Below are positions 17,368-27,227 of a stretch of DNA of 64,000 bases, piece after piece. The notes below the pieces were generated by a model that was given only the letters and a program-made list of their open reading frames with translations, did no database searches and was not told where the DNA came from. The position numbers were made by a program, and so were the translations under genes. The stretch spans positions 160,001 to 224,000 of the forward strand of contig CAVZJB010000012.1 of assembly GCA_963775425.1 (NCBI GenBank), given 5' to 3'. The stretch's first letter is position 1. Each line of letters begins with the position of its first letter. This DNA comes from an uncultured delta proteobacterium (lineage in GTDB: Bacteria; Myxococcota; UBA727; VGSZ01).

Positions 17368-18501
17368 ATGCTGCTCCCCGCGCTCGTCCTCACCATCGCT
17401 TCCGCCCACGGACAGTTGCCGGCGTCGCTGTTCCTGCAACGCTGGCTCGTCGTCGAGGCCGAAGTGGCCGGCCACCGCGCGCCGTTCGTCGTCGACACGG
17501 GCGCCAACCGCACGCTGATCGACGCCGGGTTCGCCGCGTCGGTCGGCGTGCAGACCGGCCACTGCATCGACGTCCCCGGCGCGATGGTGGGCAAGCTCTG
17601 TCGCGGCGTGCTGCCCAAGCTGCACTTCGCGGGCCGCGACTTCGACGGGATCGATGCATTCGTGAGCGACATGACCAGGAGCGAGCTCGGTGAAGCGCTG
17701 GGCGTGGCGGGCCTCATCGGCGCCGATGTCCTCTCGCGCGGCATCCTGGTCATCGACTACCCGTCGTCGCGCTGGCAGCTCCTGGCGCCCGACGCGTGGA
17801 AGCCGGGGCCGGCCGCGCACCTCGTACCCGCCCCGGTCGACGGTGGGGTCATGCGTGTGCCCGCCGAGATCGACGGGAAAGCGGTGAAGCTGCTCCTCGA
17901 CACCGGCAACGCGGGCGACACGATCGCTCTCAACGTTCCCGAGCTGGAAAAGAAGCTCAGTGCCGCGTCGCGCCGGCTCACGCTCCCCGGCGGGCTCAAG
18001 AGCGGCGCGGGCGGCGGCGCGGACATCGCGCCCACGCACGCGGCGCTTCGCGTGGGCGGCTTCACGTGGTCGGGCGCGCCGATGCAGGTAGCGCTCACCG
18101 GCACGCGCTCGGGAACGGTCATGCGCCGTGAAGACGGCATCCTCGGCGCAGGCTTCCTCAGGCACTTCCGTATCGCCGTCGACCTTGCCGGCGGCCGGCT
18201 GTGGCTGGAGCAGGTGTTGCCGTTCGGCTCTCTGGATCCCGGCGGCACCCTTGGCATGCTCGCCCGGCCCGCGAAGGGCCGGCTCGTGGTCGCCTCGGTG
18301 GCGAAGCAGGGGCCGGCGGGCAAGGCCGGCATCGTCGCCGGCGACGCCATCGTCGCCATCGACGGCGTCGACGTCGGCGAAAACGCTTCGGTGCTGTGGC
18401 CGCTCGCGTCGTATCGAGCGCCGGGCGAGCGGGTGGCGCTCACCATCGACCACGGCGGGTCCCGCCGCCGCGTCGTCGTGGTTGCCGTGGTACGGCCCTG
18501 A
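17368..18501 (+). CDS. Secreted protein with two retropepsin-like aspartyl protease domains and a C-terminal PDZ domain
   Basis: VVDTGA...GLIGADVL, LLDTGN...GILGAGFL, PAGKAGIVAGDAIVAIDG. Confidence 0.85.
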   Translation: MLLPALVLTIASAHGQLPASLFLQRWLVVEAEVAGHRAPFVVDTGANRTLIDAGFAASVGVQTGHCIDVPGAMVGKLCRGVLPKLHFAGRDFDGIDAFVSDMTRSELGEALGVAGLIGADVLSRGILVIDYPSSRWQLLAPDAWKPGPAAHLVPAPVDGGVMRVPAEIDGKAVKLLLDTGNAGDTIALNVPELEKKLSAASRRLTLPGGLKSGAGGGADIAPTHAALRVGGFTWSGAPMQVALTGTRSGTVMRREDGILGAGFLRHFRIAVDLAGGRLWLEQVLPFGSLDPGGTLGMLARPAKGRLVVASVAKQGPAGKAGIVAGDAIVAIDGVDVGENASVLWPLASYRAPGERVALTIDHGGSRRRVVVVAVVRP

Positions 18502-18650
18502 GAGGGCGACGATCGGAGCAACGTCACGCCGCGCGCCGATTCATCGCCCGTCTGGTCGCCGGCGACGTGCTCGCCACGCACACCTTCACCGTCGTGCGCT
18601 CTTTCGCGATCCGCACGCGCGCGCGCTCGCCGTGACGCGCGCGCGCGTCG

Positions 18651-18986
18651 CTACGGCTTCCAGTCGCGCAGGCCGCCGAGGCGGTTGGCGGTCTCCCCGG
18701 CGGGCACCGAGGCGCCCTGGTCGACGCGCGCGCCGGTCGACGACGATTGCTCCATCAGGCTGCGCTCCTGCTGGGAGCGCGGCGGGTCGAAGCGCGACGT
18801 CCAGCCGTCGTCGACGAGGATCTGCTTGGCCTCGGCGGGCGAGACCTCGAGGCGCTTGGCGACGAATTCGACGGCGCGCTCGACCGTGGCGGCGTCGCCC
18901 GTCTCGTAGTCGTGGCGGGTCTTGGCGAATTCGTAGGCCGCGCTGCGCTTGAAGATGGCGAAGCTTTCGCGGGCGTCGATCGGCAT
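18651..18986 (-). CDS. Hypothetical protein
   Basis: AGGAGG SD before ATG 18986; GC3-rich; no recognisable motif. Confidence 0.65.
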   Translation of the reverse strand: MPIDARESFAIFKRSAAYEFAKTRHDYETGDAATVERAVEFVAKRLEVSPAEAKQILVDDGWTSRFDPPRSQQERSLMEQSSSTGARVDQGASVPAGETANRLGGLRDWKP

Positions 18987-19055
18987 GAACAAGACCTCCT
19001 CAGGCGAGTCTCCCTCGCGCCCGCCCCGAACGCATCCCCCATTCGCCCCACGTCG

Positions 19056-21560
19056 TCAGCGCCGCTTTCCCTTCGGCGCACCGCGGCTCTTGCCGCGGCC
19101 CGGAGCGCTGCCGCCCCGCGCCTTGGGGGCGCCGCGGCCGGCGTTCTTTTCTTCGAAGAGCCGGCGCAGATCGTCCGGGCCGCGGATGGCCTGGCGCGGT
19201 GCGCCGGCGCCTTGCCCGCCGCGCGCCGGGCCGCCGGCTCCGCGCTTGCCGTCGTCGTGGCCCCGACGTCCCCCCCGCCCCCCGCGGCGGTCGTCGCCGG
19301 CGCGCTCGCCGCCTCGATCCTCCGAGCGATCGCGGTGGCGGCGCGCGGGCGCGGCCGCGGGGGCGTCGGCGAGGACGAGGCCGATCTGGCGGCGGGCGAG
19401 GTCGACGCCCGCGACGCGCACGCGCACGGAGTCGCCGATGCTCCACGTCTGGCCGCTGCGCTCGCCGACGAGGCGCAGGCGGACGTCGTCGTAGACGAAG
19501 AAGTCGCCGCCGAGGTCGCTGACGCGCACCATGCCCTCGACGTGCACGCCCTGCAGGAGCACGAACAGGCCGAATTCCGCCACGCCCTGCACGAGCCCTT
19601 CGAACTCCTCGCCCACGTGGTCCTTCATGAACCAGGCGGCGTGAAGCGCGTCCACCGCGCGCTCGACGTCGGTGGCGGTGCGCTCGCAATTGCTCGCCGT
19701 CGCCGCGATGTCCTCGAGGAGCGCGTGCAGCGCTTCGTCGTCGTCCTTGCTCTTGGGCTTCTTCTTGTGCGCGATGCGCTCCTTCAACAGCCGGTGCACG
19801 ACGAGATCGGGGTAGCGGCGGATGGGCGAGGTGAAGTGCAGGTACGCGTCGCTGCCGAGGCCGTAGTGGCCGACGTCGTCAACGGCGTACTTGGCCTGCA
19901 TCATCGAGCGCAACAGCAGCGAGTCGAGCGCGCGCTTGCCGGGCACGTCGGCGAGCTGCTCCATCACCGCCATCAGCGCCTTGGGCGAAGGTCCGCCGCC
20001 GCCCTCGCCGTCCTTGCCGCTCTTCTTGGACTTCTTCGAGGGCGAGAGCTCCTCGAGGCGGCGGCCGGCGAGGAGCTGCGCGAGCTTGGTGAAGCGCTCG
20101 AGCTTCTCCGCCGCCGGCGGCTCGTGGATGCGGTAGATGCACGGCCACTTGCGCGACTCGAAGCGCGTGGCGACCGCCTCGTTGGCGGCGACCATCAGGT
20201 CTTCGATGAGCTTGTGCGCGTTCAAGCGCTCGAGCGCGTGGATCTTCACGGGCTCGCCGGTGTCGTCGAGGGCGACCACCGTCTCCGGGAGATCGAAGTC
20301 GAGCGCGCCGCGCGCGCGCCGCGCTTTGCGCAGCCGCTGCGAGGCCTCGTCCAGGGCGTGCAGGCTCTGCTGCACGGGCTTTGAAACGTCGAGGGCTTCG
20401 CCGTCGAGGAACTTCTGCGCGAGCGTGTAGGTGAGGCGCGCGTGGGAGCGCATCACGGCGTCGTAGAAGCGCTCGTTGTGCACGCTGCCGTCGGGGCGCA
20501 CCGTCATCTCCACCACCATGCACAGGCGGTCGACGTCGGGCCTCAGCGAGCACAGCCCGTTGGAGAGCGCCTCGGGGAGCATGGGGACGACCTTGCCCGG
20601 GTAGTAGATGCTGGTCCCGCGCCGCGCGGCCTCGACGTCGAGGGGGGAGCCGGCGTCTACGTAGTGGCTGACGTCGGCGATGGCGACGGTGACGACGATG
20701 TCCCCCTTGCTCTTCTTGTCGCCGCCGCGGCGGTCCACGCGCGCGTGCACGGCGTCGTCGAAGTCCTTGGCCGTCTCGCCATCGATGGTGCACAGCGGCA
20801 GCGAGCGCAGGTCTTCGCGGCCGTACCAGTCTGCCTCGGTGGGATCGGGCGGCAGCGCCGCCGCCTGCCCGTCGACCTCGGGCGGGAACGCGCGCACGAT
20901 GCGCTTCTCGGCGAGGATGCGCTCGATCTCGACGTCGAGCTTCCCGCGCTTGCCGAGCGAGCGCACGATGCGGCCCACGGCCGTGGTCACCGGCGTCGGC
21001 GGCTCGACGAGCAGCACCTCGACGACGTCGCCGTCCTTGGCGGCGCCGGCGTTGCCCTCGGGGCCCGGGGGGATGACGATGGGGCCGCTCACGACGTTGT
21101 CGTCGGCCTCCACCCAGCGGGCCTTGCCCGAGTCCTTGAACAGGCCCGTCACCGTTGTGCGCCGCCGCTCCAAGACGCGGATGATCTTCGCGGCCGGGCC
21201 GCGCGCCGCGCGCTCCACACGCGCGAGGACGCGGTCGCCGTCGACGACGCCGAGCACCTCGTGGGGCGGCAGGAAGGCGTCGCCGCTCTTCTTGTCGTCC
21301 GGGATGAACCAACACGCGCCGCCGGGGCGGCGTTGCACCACGCCCTTGTGTGCGTCGCCGGCGCCGGCGAGCACGAAGCGCTTGCCCTCGAGCTGCACGA
21401 GCACGCCCTGGTCGGCCAGGTCCTGTAGCGCCTGCCGGACGACGCTGCGGTCGTCGGCGTTCAGCCCGAGGAAGCGGCCGACGTCCTTGGCTTTCTGCGG
21501 CTTGCCCGCGTGCTTGCGAAAGAACTGGACGACGCGGTCGCGCGGGACGGGGACGGGCAT
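19056..21560 (-). CDS. rnr: Ribonuclease R
   Basis: N-terminal HTH and CSD, TIDGETAKDFDDA, HFTSPIRRYPDL, S1 domain, basic RG-rich tail. Confidence 0.95.
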   Translation of the reverse strand: MPVPVPRDRVVQFFRKHAGKPQKAKDVGRFLGLNADDRSVVRQALQDLADQGVLVQLEGKRFVLAGAGDAHKGVVQRRPGGACWFIPDDKKSGDAFLPPHEVLGVVDGDRVLARVERAARGPAAKIIRVLERRRTTVTGLFKDSGKARWVEADDNVVSGPIVIPPGPEGNAGAAKDGDVVEVLLVEPPTPVTTAVGRIVRSLGKRGKLDVEIERILAEKRIVRAFPPEVDGQAAALPPDPTEADWYGREDLRSLPLCTIDGETAKDFDDAVHARVDRRGGDKKSKGDIVVTVAIADVSHYVDAGSPLDVEAARRGTSIYYPGKVVPMLPEALSNGLCSLRPDVDRLCMVVEMTVRPDGSVHNERFYDAVMRSHARLTYTLAQKFLDGEALDVSKPVQQSLHALDEASQRLRKARRARGALDFDLPETVVALDDTGEPVKIHALERLNAHKLIEDLMVAANEAVATRFESRKWPCIYRIHEPPAAEKLERFTKLAQLLAGRRLEELSPSKKSKKSGKDGEGGGGPSPKALMAVMEQLADVPGKRALDSLLLRSMMQAKYAVDDVGHYGLGSDAYLHFTSPIRRYPDLVVHRLLKERIAHKKKPKSKDDDEALHALLEDIAATASNCERTATDVERAVDALHAAWFMKDHVGEEFEGLVQGVAEFGLFVLLQGVHVEGMVRVSDLGGDFFVYDDVRLRLVGERSGQTWSIGDSVRVRVAGVDLARRQIGLVLADAPAAAPARRHRDRSEDRGGERAGDDRRGGRGGRRGHDDGKRGAGGPARGGQGAGAPRQAIRGPDDLRRLFEEKNAGRGAPKARGGSAPGRGKSRGAPKGKRR

Positions 21561-21653
21561 CGCGCACCTATAGCGGAGCGCCGGGCGAAGCGCGCGCCCA
21601 CAACGGCCGTGACGGCGGGCACGCAGGAGCCGCGGATCGGCCTTGACCACGAC

Positions 21654-21676
21654 TGACCAAATGCTGAAAGTAGTCA
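21654..21676. promoter_or_regulatory. Putative TetR operator TGACC-N13-AGTCA overlapping the tetR promoter
   Basis: The same motif recurs at 22310-22332; TTGACC-17-GAAAGT promoter ends 7 nt before ATG 21679. Confidence 0.6.
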
Positions 21677-21678
21677 TC

Positions 21679-22266
21679 ATGGAGACGGCGAAGCGCGAGT
21701 GCATCCTGATCGAGGCCGCCAAGGCCTTCGCGCGCTTCGGCTTCCACAAGGCGAGCGTCGACGAGATCGCCCGGAGCGCCGGCGTGGCCAAGGGCACCAT
21801 CTACCTGGCGGCGCCCTCCAAGCGCGAGCTGTTCTACGAGGTGCTGTTGCGCGAGGTGCGCGCGTGGAACGCCGAGCTGATGAAGCGCATCGACCCCCGC
21901 AAGAACGCCGACGAGATCCTCGTCGACATCTCGTGGGACAGCGTGCACACGCTCGACAGCAGGCCGCTGGTCCGTGACCTCCTGTTCGGCCACCACACCG
22001 AGATGCTCCCGGAGCTGTCCGACAAGATCGACGAGCTGCGCCGCATCGGCATGGAGCCCGTGGCCGAGGTGCTGCGCCTCGGCGTGCGCCAGGGCCGCTT
22101 CAGGAGCGAGATCGACGTCGACGAGCTCGCCGCCGTGCTCCTCGACCTGCACATCGCCACCCTCATGTTCACCGCGCGCAAGCACAACCCCGAAGAGAAG
22201 CTGGCGCGGCGCGCGGCCGCCGGCTTCGACCTCATCCTGCGGGGACTCCAAAAAGCCCCCTCCTGA
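21679..22266 (+). CDS. TetR/AcrR family transcriptional regulator
   Basis: FARFGFHKASVDEIARSAGVAKGTIYL HTH; GVRQGRFRSEID C-terminus. Confidence 0.93.
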   Translation: METAKRECILIEAAKAFARFGFHKASVDEIARSAGVAKGTIYLAAPSKRELFYEVLLREVRAWNAELMKRIDPRKNADEILVDISWDSVHTLDSRPLVRDLLFGHHTEMLPELSDKIDELRRIGMEPVAEVLRLGVRQGRFRSEIDVDELAAVLLDLHIATLMFTARKHNPEEKLARRAAAGFDLILRGLQKAPS

Positions 22267-22309
22267 TCCTCGCGCCGCCGTCGGCGCGGGGCCTCGTCAC
22301 ACCCGCGAT

Positions 22310-22332
22310 TGACCCAAGAACCAAAACGGTCA
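22310..22332. promoter_or_regulatory. Putative TetR operator TGACC-N13-GGTCA
   Basis: Inverted repeat upstream of the ferritin-like gene, with spacing identical to the 21654 site. Confidence 0.6.
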
Positions 22333-22361
22333 TCCAGACAGACAGAAGAAAGGACACCGCC

Positions 22362-23147
22362 ATGAACGCCCTCCCCACCTTCCTCGACGACGGCCTGCAG
22401 CGCCTGTTCCTCAAGGAGCTCCTCGCCGAGCCCCGCGGCCGCGCCACGCTCCTCAAGCAGCTCGGCGACGCCGAGGGCGGCGACGGCGGCGAGCTCGACA
22501 TCTTCGAGCACGTCCTCGCCGTCCTCGACGATCCTGCGCAGGCGGACACGAGCGCCGACGCCGCCGCCCTCGAGGAGGTGAGGAAGCTCGTGCGCGTGCA
22601 CAAGGCCGACGAGGAGCGCCACGAGCGGCTGTTCCACGACCGCGCGGCCGCGACCGGGGCGGCGCCGATGAAGCTGCCGCCGGAGGCGCACCTCTTGCGC
22701 CGCCTCGACAAGCACGTCGGCTTCTTCTCCAAGCCCGTCGTCGACAAGAAGGGCGTGGTCGACGCCTATCTGCTGCTCCTCGTCATCGAGGAGCGCGCGG
22801 TGCGCCAGTTCGACCGCTACCGCGCGGCCTTCGCCGCCGCCGGCGACGAGGCCACCGCGCAGGTCATCGACGGCATCAAGGCCGACGAGGCGCGCCACCT
22901 GCGCTACTGCGAGGCCATCTCCCGGCGCTACAGCGACGACGAGGAGGTCCGGCAGGCGCGGCTGGCGGAGCTACGCGCGCTCGAGGCGAGCTGCTTCGAC
23001 CAGGTGCAGGCGATCAACCTGCGCATGCTCGTCGACGCGGGCTTCGTCGGTCGCACGTGGTGGACGAAGGCGCTGTGGGCGCGGCTGTCGAAGGCGGCCG
23101 GCAGGCGCATCCCCGCGGACTTCCGCCCCGCCGCCGCCGCCGCCTGA
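22362..23147 (+). CDS. Ferritin-like di-iron domain protein
   Basis: E...DEERH...EERA...DEARH carboxylate/His pattern; AAAGGA SD. Confidence 0.8.
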   Translation: MNALPTFLDDGLQRLFLKELLAEPRGRATLLKQLGDAEGGDGGELDIFEHVLAVLDDPAQADTSADAAALEEVRKLVRVHKADEERHERLFHDRAAATGAAPMKLPPEAHLLRRLDKHVGFFSKPVVDKKGVVDAYLLLLVIEERAVRQFDRYRAAFAAAGDEATAQVIDGIKADEARHLRYCEAISRRYSDDEEVRQARLAELRALEASCFDQVQAINLRMLVDAGFVGRTWWTKALWARLSKAAGRRIPADFRPAAAAA

Positions 23148-23230
23148 CCCGGCGCAACGAGGCGCGGCGGCGCGTCCGCCGCTTCGACGCCGGCGTGGCA
23201 GCGGGCGCGCCGATCGTGGTAACCGGCGGC

Positions 23231-23935
23231 ATGCAGATGAAGTTGCGCCTCGCATCGCTCGCCGCCGTCGTCGTCGTCGCGCTCACCGGTTGCCGCTTCG
23301 GCGACGCCCACTTCGACTCCACGGTGTCGGGCCGCGCGTTCGATCCGGCGGGCACCGTGTTCTCGTACGTCGACGCCACCGACGACAACCTGGTGGTCGA
23401 CCAGAACCCGCGGCTGGCGGTCTCGATGACGTGGATCATCTTCGACCCGAACAGCGATCTCAACGACCTCGACGGCAGCGCCCTCGCCGACTACTCGCAC
23501 GAGCTCAAGCTCAGGGACGCCCTCGCGCTCGTCTGGGACAAGCAGGGCGACGTCAAGGCCGGCGCCACGTTCAAGAGCGTGGTCGTCGGCGACGAGGAGC
23601 AGGGCGACGGCACGTTCACCACCCGGGTGCACCTCGCGCCCGAGCGCATCAGCGGCCAGTCCACCTACGGCGACATCAAGCCGTTCGCGTCGCAGCGGAC
23701 CACCGACGTCACCGTCACCGCCGCCGACTTCACCCTCGACCAGCCGGTGGTGAGCGCGGACGTCACCATCTCCTTCGCCCGCAGCGCCACGGACCCCGGC
23801 GACGTGCGCGAGGGGACCTTCACCGGGAGCTTCTCGGCTCCGCTCGTCGGCGAGCGCGCGGCGGAGCAGAACCTCGCGCTCCTCGACGTCTTCGACGTGC
23901 TCGGCCTGCCGCTCGCGCCGCGGGAGGCCCCTTGA
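23231..23935 (+). CDS. Hypothetical lipoprotein
   Basis: MQMKLRLASLAAVVVVALTGC lipobox; beta-rich mature part. Confidence 0.75.
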   Translation: MQMKLRLASLAAVVVVALTGCRFGDAHFDSTVSGRAFDPAGTVFSYVDATDDNLVVDQNPRLAVSMTWIIFDPNSDLNDLDGSALADYSHELKLRDALALVWDKQGDVKAGATFKSVVVGDEEQGDGTFTTRVHLAPERISGQSTYGDIKPFASQRTTDVTVTAADFTLDQPVVSADVTISFARSATDPGDVREGTFTGSFSAPLVGERAAEQNLALLDVFDVLGLPLAPREAP

Positions 23936-24708
23936 GCCCGCGCACGCCAGGGCTCGCGGCCGTCGTCGTCGCCGCGCTCGCCGCCGCCGTCGCGGTCGGG
24001 GGCGGCTGCGGCGTCGCCGTCGACGGCGACTTCGACGGCGTGCCCTGGACGCCGGACTCCGCCATCCTCGCCGTCGCGGACCGCCAGGACCTGCTCGTGC
24101 GCGGCGGCGCCGTGGTCCCGGTCCTCAAAAACGAGGCGGCGCAGACCCTCGACGTGCTCCTCACCGCCGCCCGCGTCGACGTCACCGAGGACTGGCGCCG
24201 GGCCACCGCCGACGAGCTCCTCGAGATCAAGCGCGACCTCGCCACCAGCGACGGCATCCTGTTGACCAAGGTGCCGCTCGACGCGTTCCAGAAGGGCGCG
24301 GCGCTGGCGGCGCTGGTGGAAAACGGCGAGGTCAGCGGCGACTTCGACGTCGCCGTCGGCGCCGCGCTCCCGCCCGAGGACGCGGTGAAGGCGCAGGGGC
24401 TCGGCTCCAAGCTGCGCATCACCGTCACGCCCAAGGGCGTCGACGCCGGACCGCACGGCGGCAGCATGAGCGCCGCCGTCGAGGTGCAGCGCGAACGCGA
24501 AGCGGGGCAGGACGGCGACGTCGCCACCGGCACCGTGAACCTGTCGTTCTCCACGGCGTTCCTCGATGAGCGCCTCGGCGAGTCCAACCTCACGGTGGCG
24601 CAGCCCGTGCTCGAGTGCATGCAGGCCACCGGCGCCGCGCGCTCAGGCTCCTGCCGCGACGTCGACGAGCTGCCCTACATCGACGAGACCGGCGTCGTCG
24701 ACCCATGA
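23932..24708 (+). CDS. Hypothetical lipoprotein, apparent paralog of the upstream gene
   Basis: TTG start overlapping the upstream stop, with GGAGG SD; hydrophobic leader ending GGGC; shared C-terminal motif SFS....ER..E.NL. Confidence 0.7.
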   Translation: MSPRTPGLAAVVVAALAAAVAVGGGCGVAVDGDFDGVPWTPDSAILAVADRQDLLVRGGAVVPVLKNEAAQTLDVLLTAARVDVTEDWRRATADELLEIKRDLATSDGILLTKVPLDAFQKGAALAALVENGEVSGDFDVAVGAALPPEDAVKAQGLGSKLRITVTPKGVDAGPHGGSMSAAVEVQREREAGQDGDVATGTVNLSFSTAFLDERLGESNLTVAQPVLECMQATGAARSGSCRDVDELPYIDETGVVDP

Positions 24709-24757
24709 CGCGCGCGCGCGGGCGCCCGCTGCGCCGGCGCCGGCGGCGGCGGACGCG

Positions 24758-25462
24758 ATGAAGATCCTCGTGCCGCTCCCCGACCGGGACTTCGACCCCA
24801 CCGAGGTCGCGGTGCCGTGGCGCGCGCTCAAGGACGCCGGCCACGACGTGGTCTTCGCCACCGAGCGCGGAACCAAGCCCGCGTGCGATCCGCGCATGCT
24901 CACGGGCGTCGTCTTCGGCGCGCTCGGCGCCCGGCCCGAAAACGTCGCGCTCTATCACGAGCTCGAGCGCGATCCCGCGTTCACCGCGCCGCTCGCGTGG
25001 ACGGACGTCGTGCCGTCGGACCTCCACGCGCTGGTGCTCCCCGGCGGGCACGCCAAGGGCATGCGGCAGTACCTCGAGTCGCAGGCGGTGGCCGAGCGCG
25101 TGCGCGCGTTCATCGACGACAACAAGCCCGTCGGCGCCATCTGTCACGGCGGCGTCGCCCTCGTGCGCAGCGGCGCGGTGAAGGGGCGCAAGATGACGGC
25201 GCTGCCCAGGTGGATGGAGCGCACGGCGTACCTCGTCACGGCGTGGAAGGTCGGCGACTACTACCGGACGTACCCGGAGTACGTCGAGGACGAGGTGCGG
25301 CGCACAAACGGCTCCATGGAGCGCGGGCCGCTGTTGTCCATGGACTACAAAAGGCCGTTCGTCGTCGTCGACGCGCCGGCCGGCAAGAGCCCGCTGGTCA
25401 CCGCGCGCTGGCCCGGCGACGCCCGCGCCTTCGCCGCCGCCCTCCTCGCCGCGCTCGGCTGA
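24758..25462 (+). CDS. DJ-1/PfpI family (class I GATase-like) protein
   Basis: DFDPTEVAVPW, LPGGHAKGMRQYLES, GAICHG, TARWPGD. Confidence 0.9.
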   Translation: MKILVPLPDRDFDPTEVAVPWRALKDAGHDVVFATERGTKPACDPRMLTGVVFGALGARPENVALYHELERDPAFTAPLAWTDVVPSDLHALVLPGGHAKGMRQYLESQAVAERVRAFIDDNKPVGAICHGGVALVRSGAVKGRKMTALPRWMERTAYLVTAWKVGDYYRTYPEYVEDEVRRTNGSMERGPLLSMDYKRPFVVVDAPAGKSPLVTARWPGDARAFAAALLAALG

Positions 25463-25520
25463 CCGCGCGCCGCCTCCGCCCGCCGCGCGTCGTCAGCGGC
25501 GGTCGGAGGCGGCGCGCGCG
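25463..25520. terminator. Long GC hairpin between convergent genes
   Basis: gcgcgccgcctccg...cggaggcggcgcgc outer stem plus an inner ccgccgc/gcggcgg stem. Confidence 0.45.
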
Positions 25521-25669
25521 GCGGCGGCCTCCGCTCTCTTGAGCTTGCCGAGGTGCAGCGGCAGCACGACGAGCTTCGGCCGCGCCTCCTCGATGAGCGC
25601 GCCGGGCGGGGGATCTTCGGGCGTCTTCAGTTCTTCGACGACGGCGTCGACGGTGAAGGGGAGCTGCAC
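25493..25669 (-). CDS. Possible small protein (58 aa)
   Basis: GTG start with AGGAG upstream; MQLPFTVDAVVEELKTPEDPPPGALIEEARPKLVVLPLHLGK...; no motif. Confidence 0.4.
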   Translation of the reverse strand: MQLPFTVDAVVEELKTPEDPPPGALIEEARPKLVVLPLHLGKLKRAEAAAARAASDRR

Positions 25670-25692
25670 GCTCGGCCGCTCCTGCAGCGCGG

Positions 25693-26151
25693 CTACGCGA
25701 GGTGCGGAGAGAGCGTGCGGCCGACGCGCGGGACGGCCTCCTCGACGTGCTTCTTCGCCTGCGGCCGGAGCTTGTTGTAGGCGCTCCTGAGCGTCTCGTT
25801 CTTGGCGCGCTTGGCGCGGTCGTCGGTGATGCCGAGGAGGGCGTCGGCGACGGGGCCGCTCTTTCGCGACAGCGCGTCGCCGAAGCCGCCGGGCTCGCCG
25901 CCGCCGCTCCTGTGCTCCTCGTAGAAGGGCTCGAGGCGGCGAACGAAGTCGTCGAGCAGACCGTCCATGGCCTCGCGCACGAGGCCGGGCTTCACCGCGC
26001 ATACGACCTTGTACGCGCCCTTGATGGCGAGCCCCGACAGGCCGCCCTTGGACCTGACCTCGTCGTCGATCAGCCGCTCGCAGTCGCTCAAGAGGCGGGG
26101 GCGCTTGTTCGGGTCGCCGAGCAGCCGCGCGGTCAGGGTGTCGTCCGTCAT
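25693..26151 (-). CDS. DUF6918-like hypothetical protein
   Basis: LIDDEVRSKGGLSGLAIKGAYKVV..VKPG, VADALLGITD, AYNKLRPQAKKHVEEAVP. Confidence 0.75.
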   Translation of the reverse strand: MTDDTLTARLLGDPNKRPRLLSDCERLIDDEVRSKGGLSGLAIKGAYKVVCAVKPGLVREAMDGLLDDFVRRLEPFYEEHRSGGGEPGGFGDALSRKSGPVADALLGITDDRAKRAKNETLRSAYNKLRPQAKKHVEEAVPRVGRTLSPHLA

Positions 26152-27227
26152 TTCTTCTTCTCCTGGTCTTTCTCGTCGACAACGAGGTTGAACGGAAAGC
26201 TCTTTTTCATGCCGGCGATGATGTCGCCGAGATCGTCGATGCGCTTGTTGAGGTTGTCCACGGCCTTCTTCACGTCGGGCGGGATGCTCTTTGCGTCCTT
26301 GGAGAAGGCCGCGAGGTCCTTGCCGGCGCTCTTGGCGTCGGTGCTGAACGTCTGCAGGCTGTCGATGAAGCGCTGCAGGTCGTCGCTGCGCGCGGCGACG
26401 CCGGTGGTCACGGTGTTCGCGTTGGCGCTCGCCACCTCGAGGTCGGCGAGCGCCTTGTCGAGCTTGTCGAGCGCCGCCGCCACCTTCTGCTGCGTCGGCG
26501 AGTTGTCGCGCGTCATCTCGCCGACGAGCCCCTTGCCTTCGCCGGCGCGCGTGCTCACCGCGGCGAAGCCGGCGATGGTCTTCTGGATGGGCCCGTCCAC
26601 GTCGTTTATCTCCCGCAGCAGCGCGTCCACCTGGGTGACGATGTCGCGCGCGTTCTGGACGATGCCTTCCTTCTGAAGGCGCGCGAGGATCTCGGTGATG
26701 CCCTCGGCCTCCTCGGCGGGCACGAACCCGCCGGGCGGGATGACCGGGTTTTTGCGGTCGCCGACATGGATGACCAGCCCGCTCGACGTGGGCAGGAACG
26801 CGCCGAGCCCCGCGGGCACGCTGGCGGCCATGCGCGAGCCGCAGTGCTTCTTCTTCTCCTCGGCGGCCTTCTTCTCCTCGTCGCTGTCCATCATGCTGAC
26901 GGTGAGCGCCTTGGCGCAGGACCCGTCGGGCGGGTCGGCGCGCAGGCGATCGCTGTACTCGTCGAGGACGTCGAACACCACCTCCACCTGGTCCTGCGGC
27001 GTGAGCGTCACGCGCCGCACAGAGCCCACCTCGATGCCGGCGATGCGGACGGGCGTGTCCTCGCGCAGCCCGCCGCCGTCGGAGAAGACCGTGCGGTACT
27101 CGTGGCGCGTCTTGAACACGCCCTGGCTCTTCACGACGAGGAAAAGCGCGCTGGCGACGACGGCGCCGACCGCCAACAGGAAGGCCGCGACGATGCGGTC
27201 GGCGTAGCGCAGGCGGAGCGGCTGCAT
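26148..27227 (-). CDS. MCE/MlaD family protein with long helical C-terminus
   Basis: N-terminal TM; FSDGGGLREDTPVRIAGIEVGSV MCE signature. Confidence 0.88.
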   Translation of the reverse strand: MQPLRLRYADRIVAAFLLAVGAVVASALFLVVKSQGVFKTRHEYRTVFSDGGGLREDTPVRIAGIEVGSVRRVTLTPQDQVEVVFDVLDEYSDRLRADPPDGSCAKALTVSMMDSDEEKKAAEEKKKHCGSRMAASVPAGLGAFLPTSSGLVIHVGDRKNPVIPPGGFVPAEEAEGITEILARLQKEGIVQNARDIVTQVDALLREINDVDGPIQKTIAGFAAVSTRAGEGKGLVGEMTRDNSPTQQKVAAALDKLDKALADLEVASANANTVTTGVAARSDDLQRFIDSLQTFSTDAKSAGKDLAAFSKDAKSIPPDVKKAVDNLNKRIDDLGDIIAGMKKSFPFNLVVDEKDQEKKK

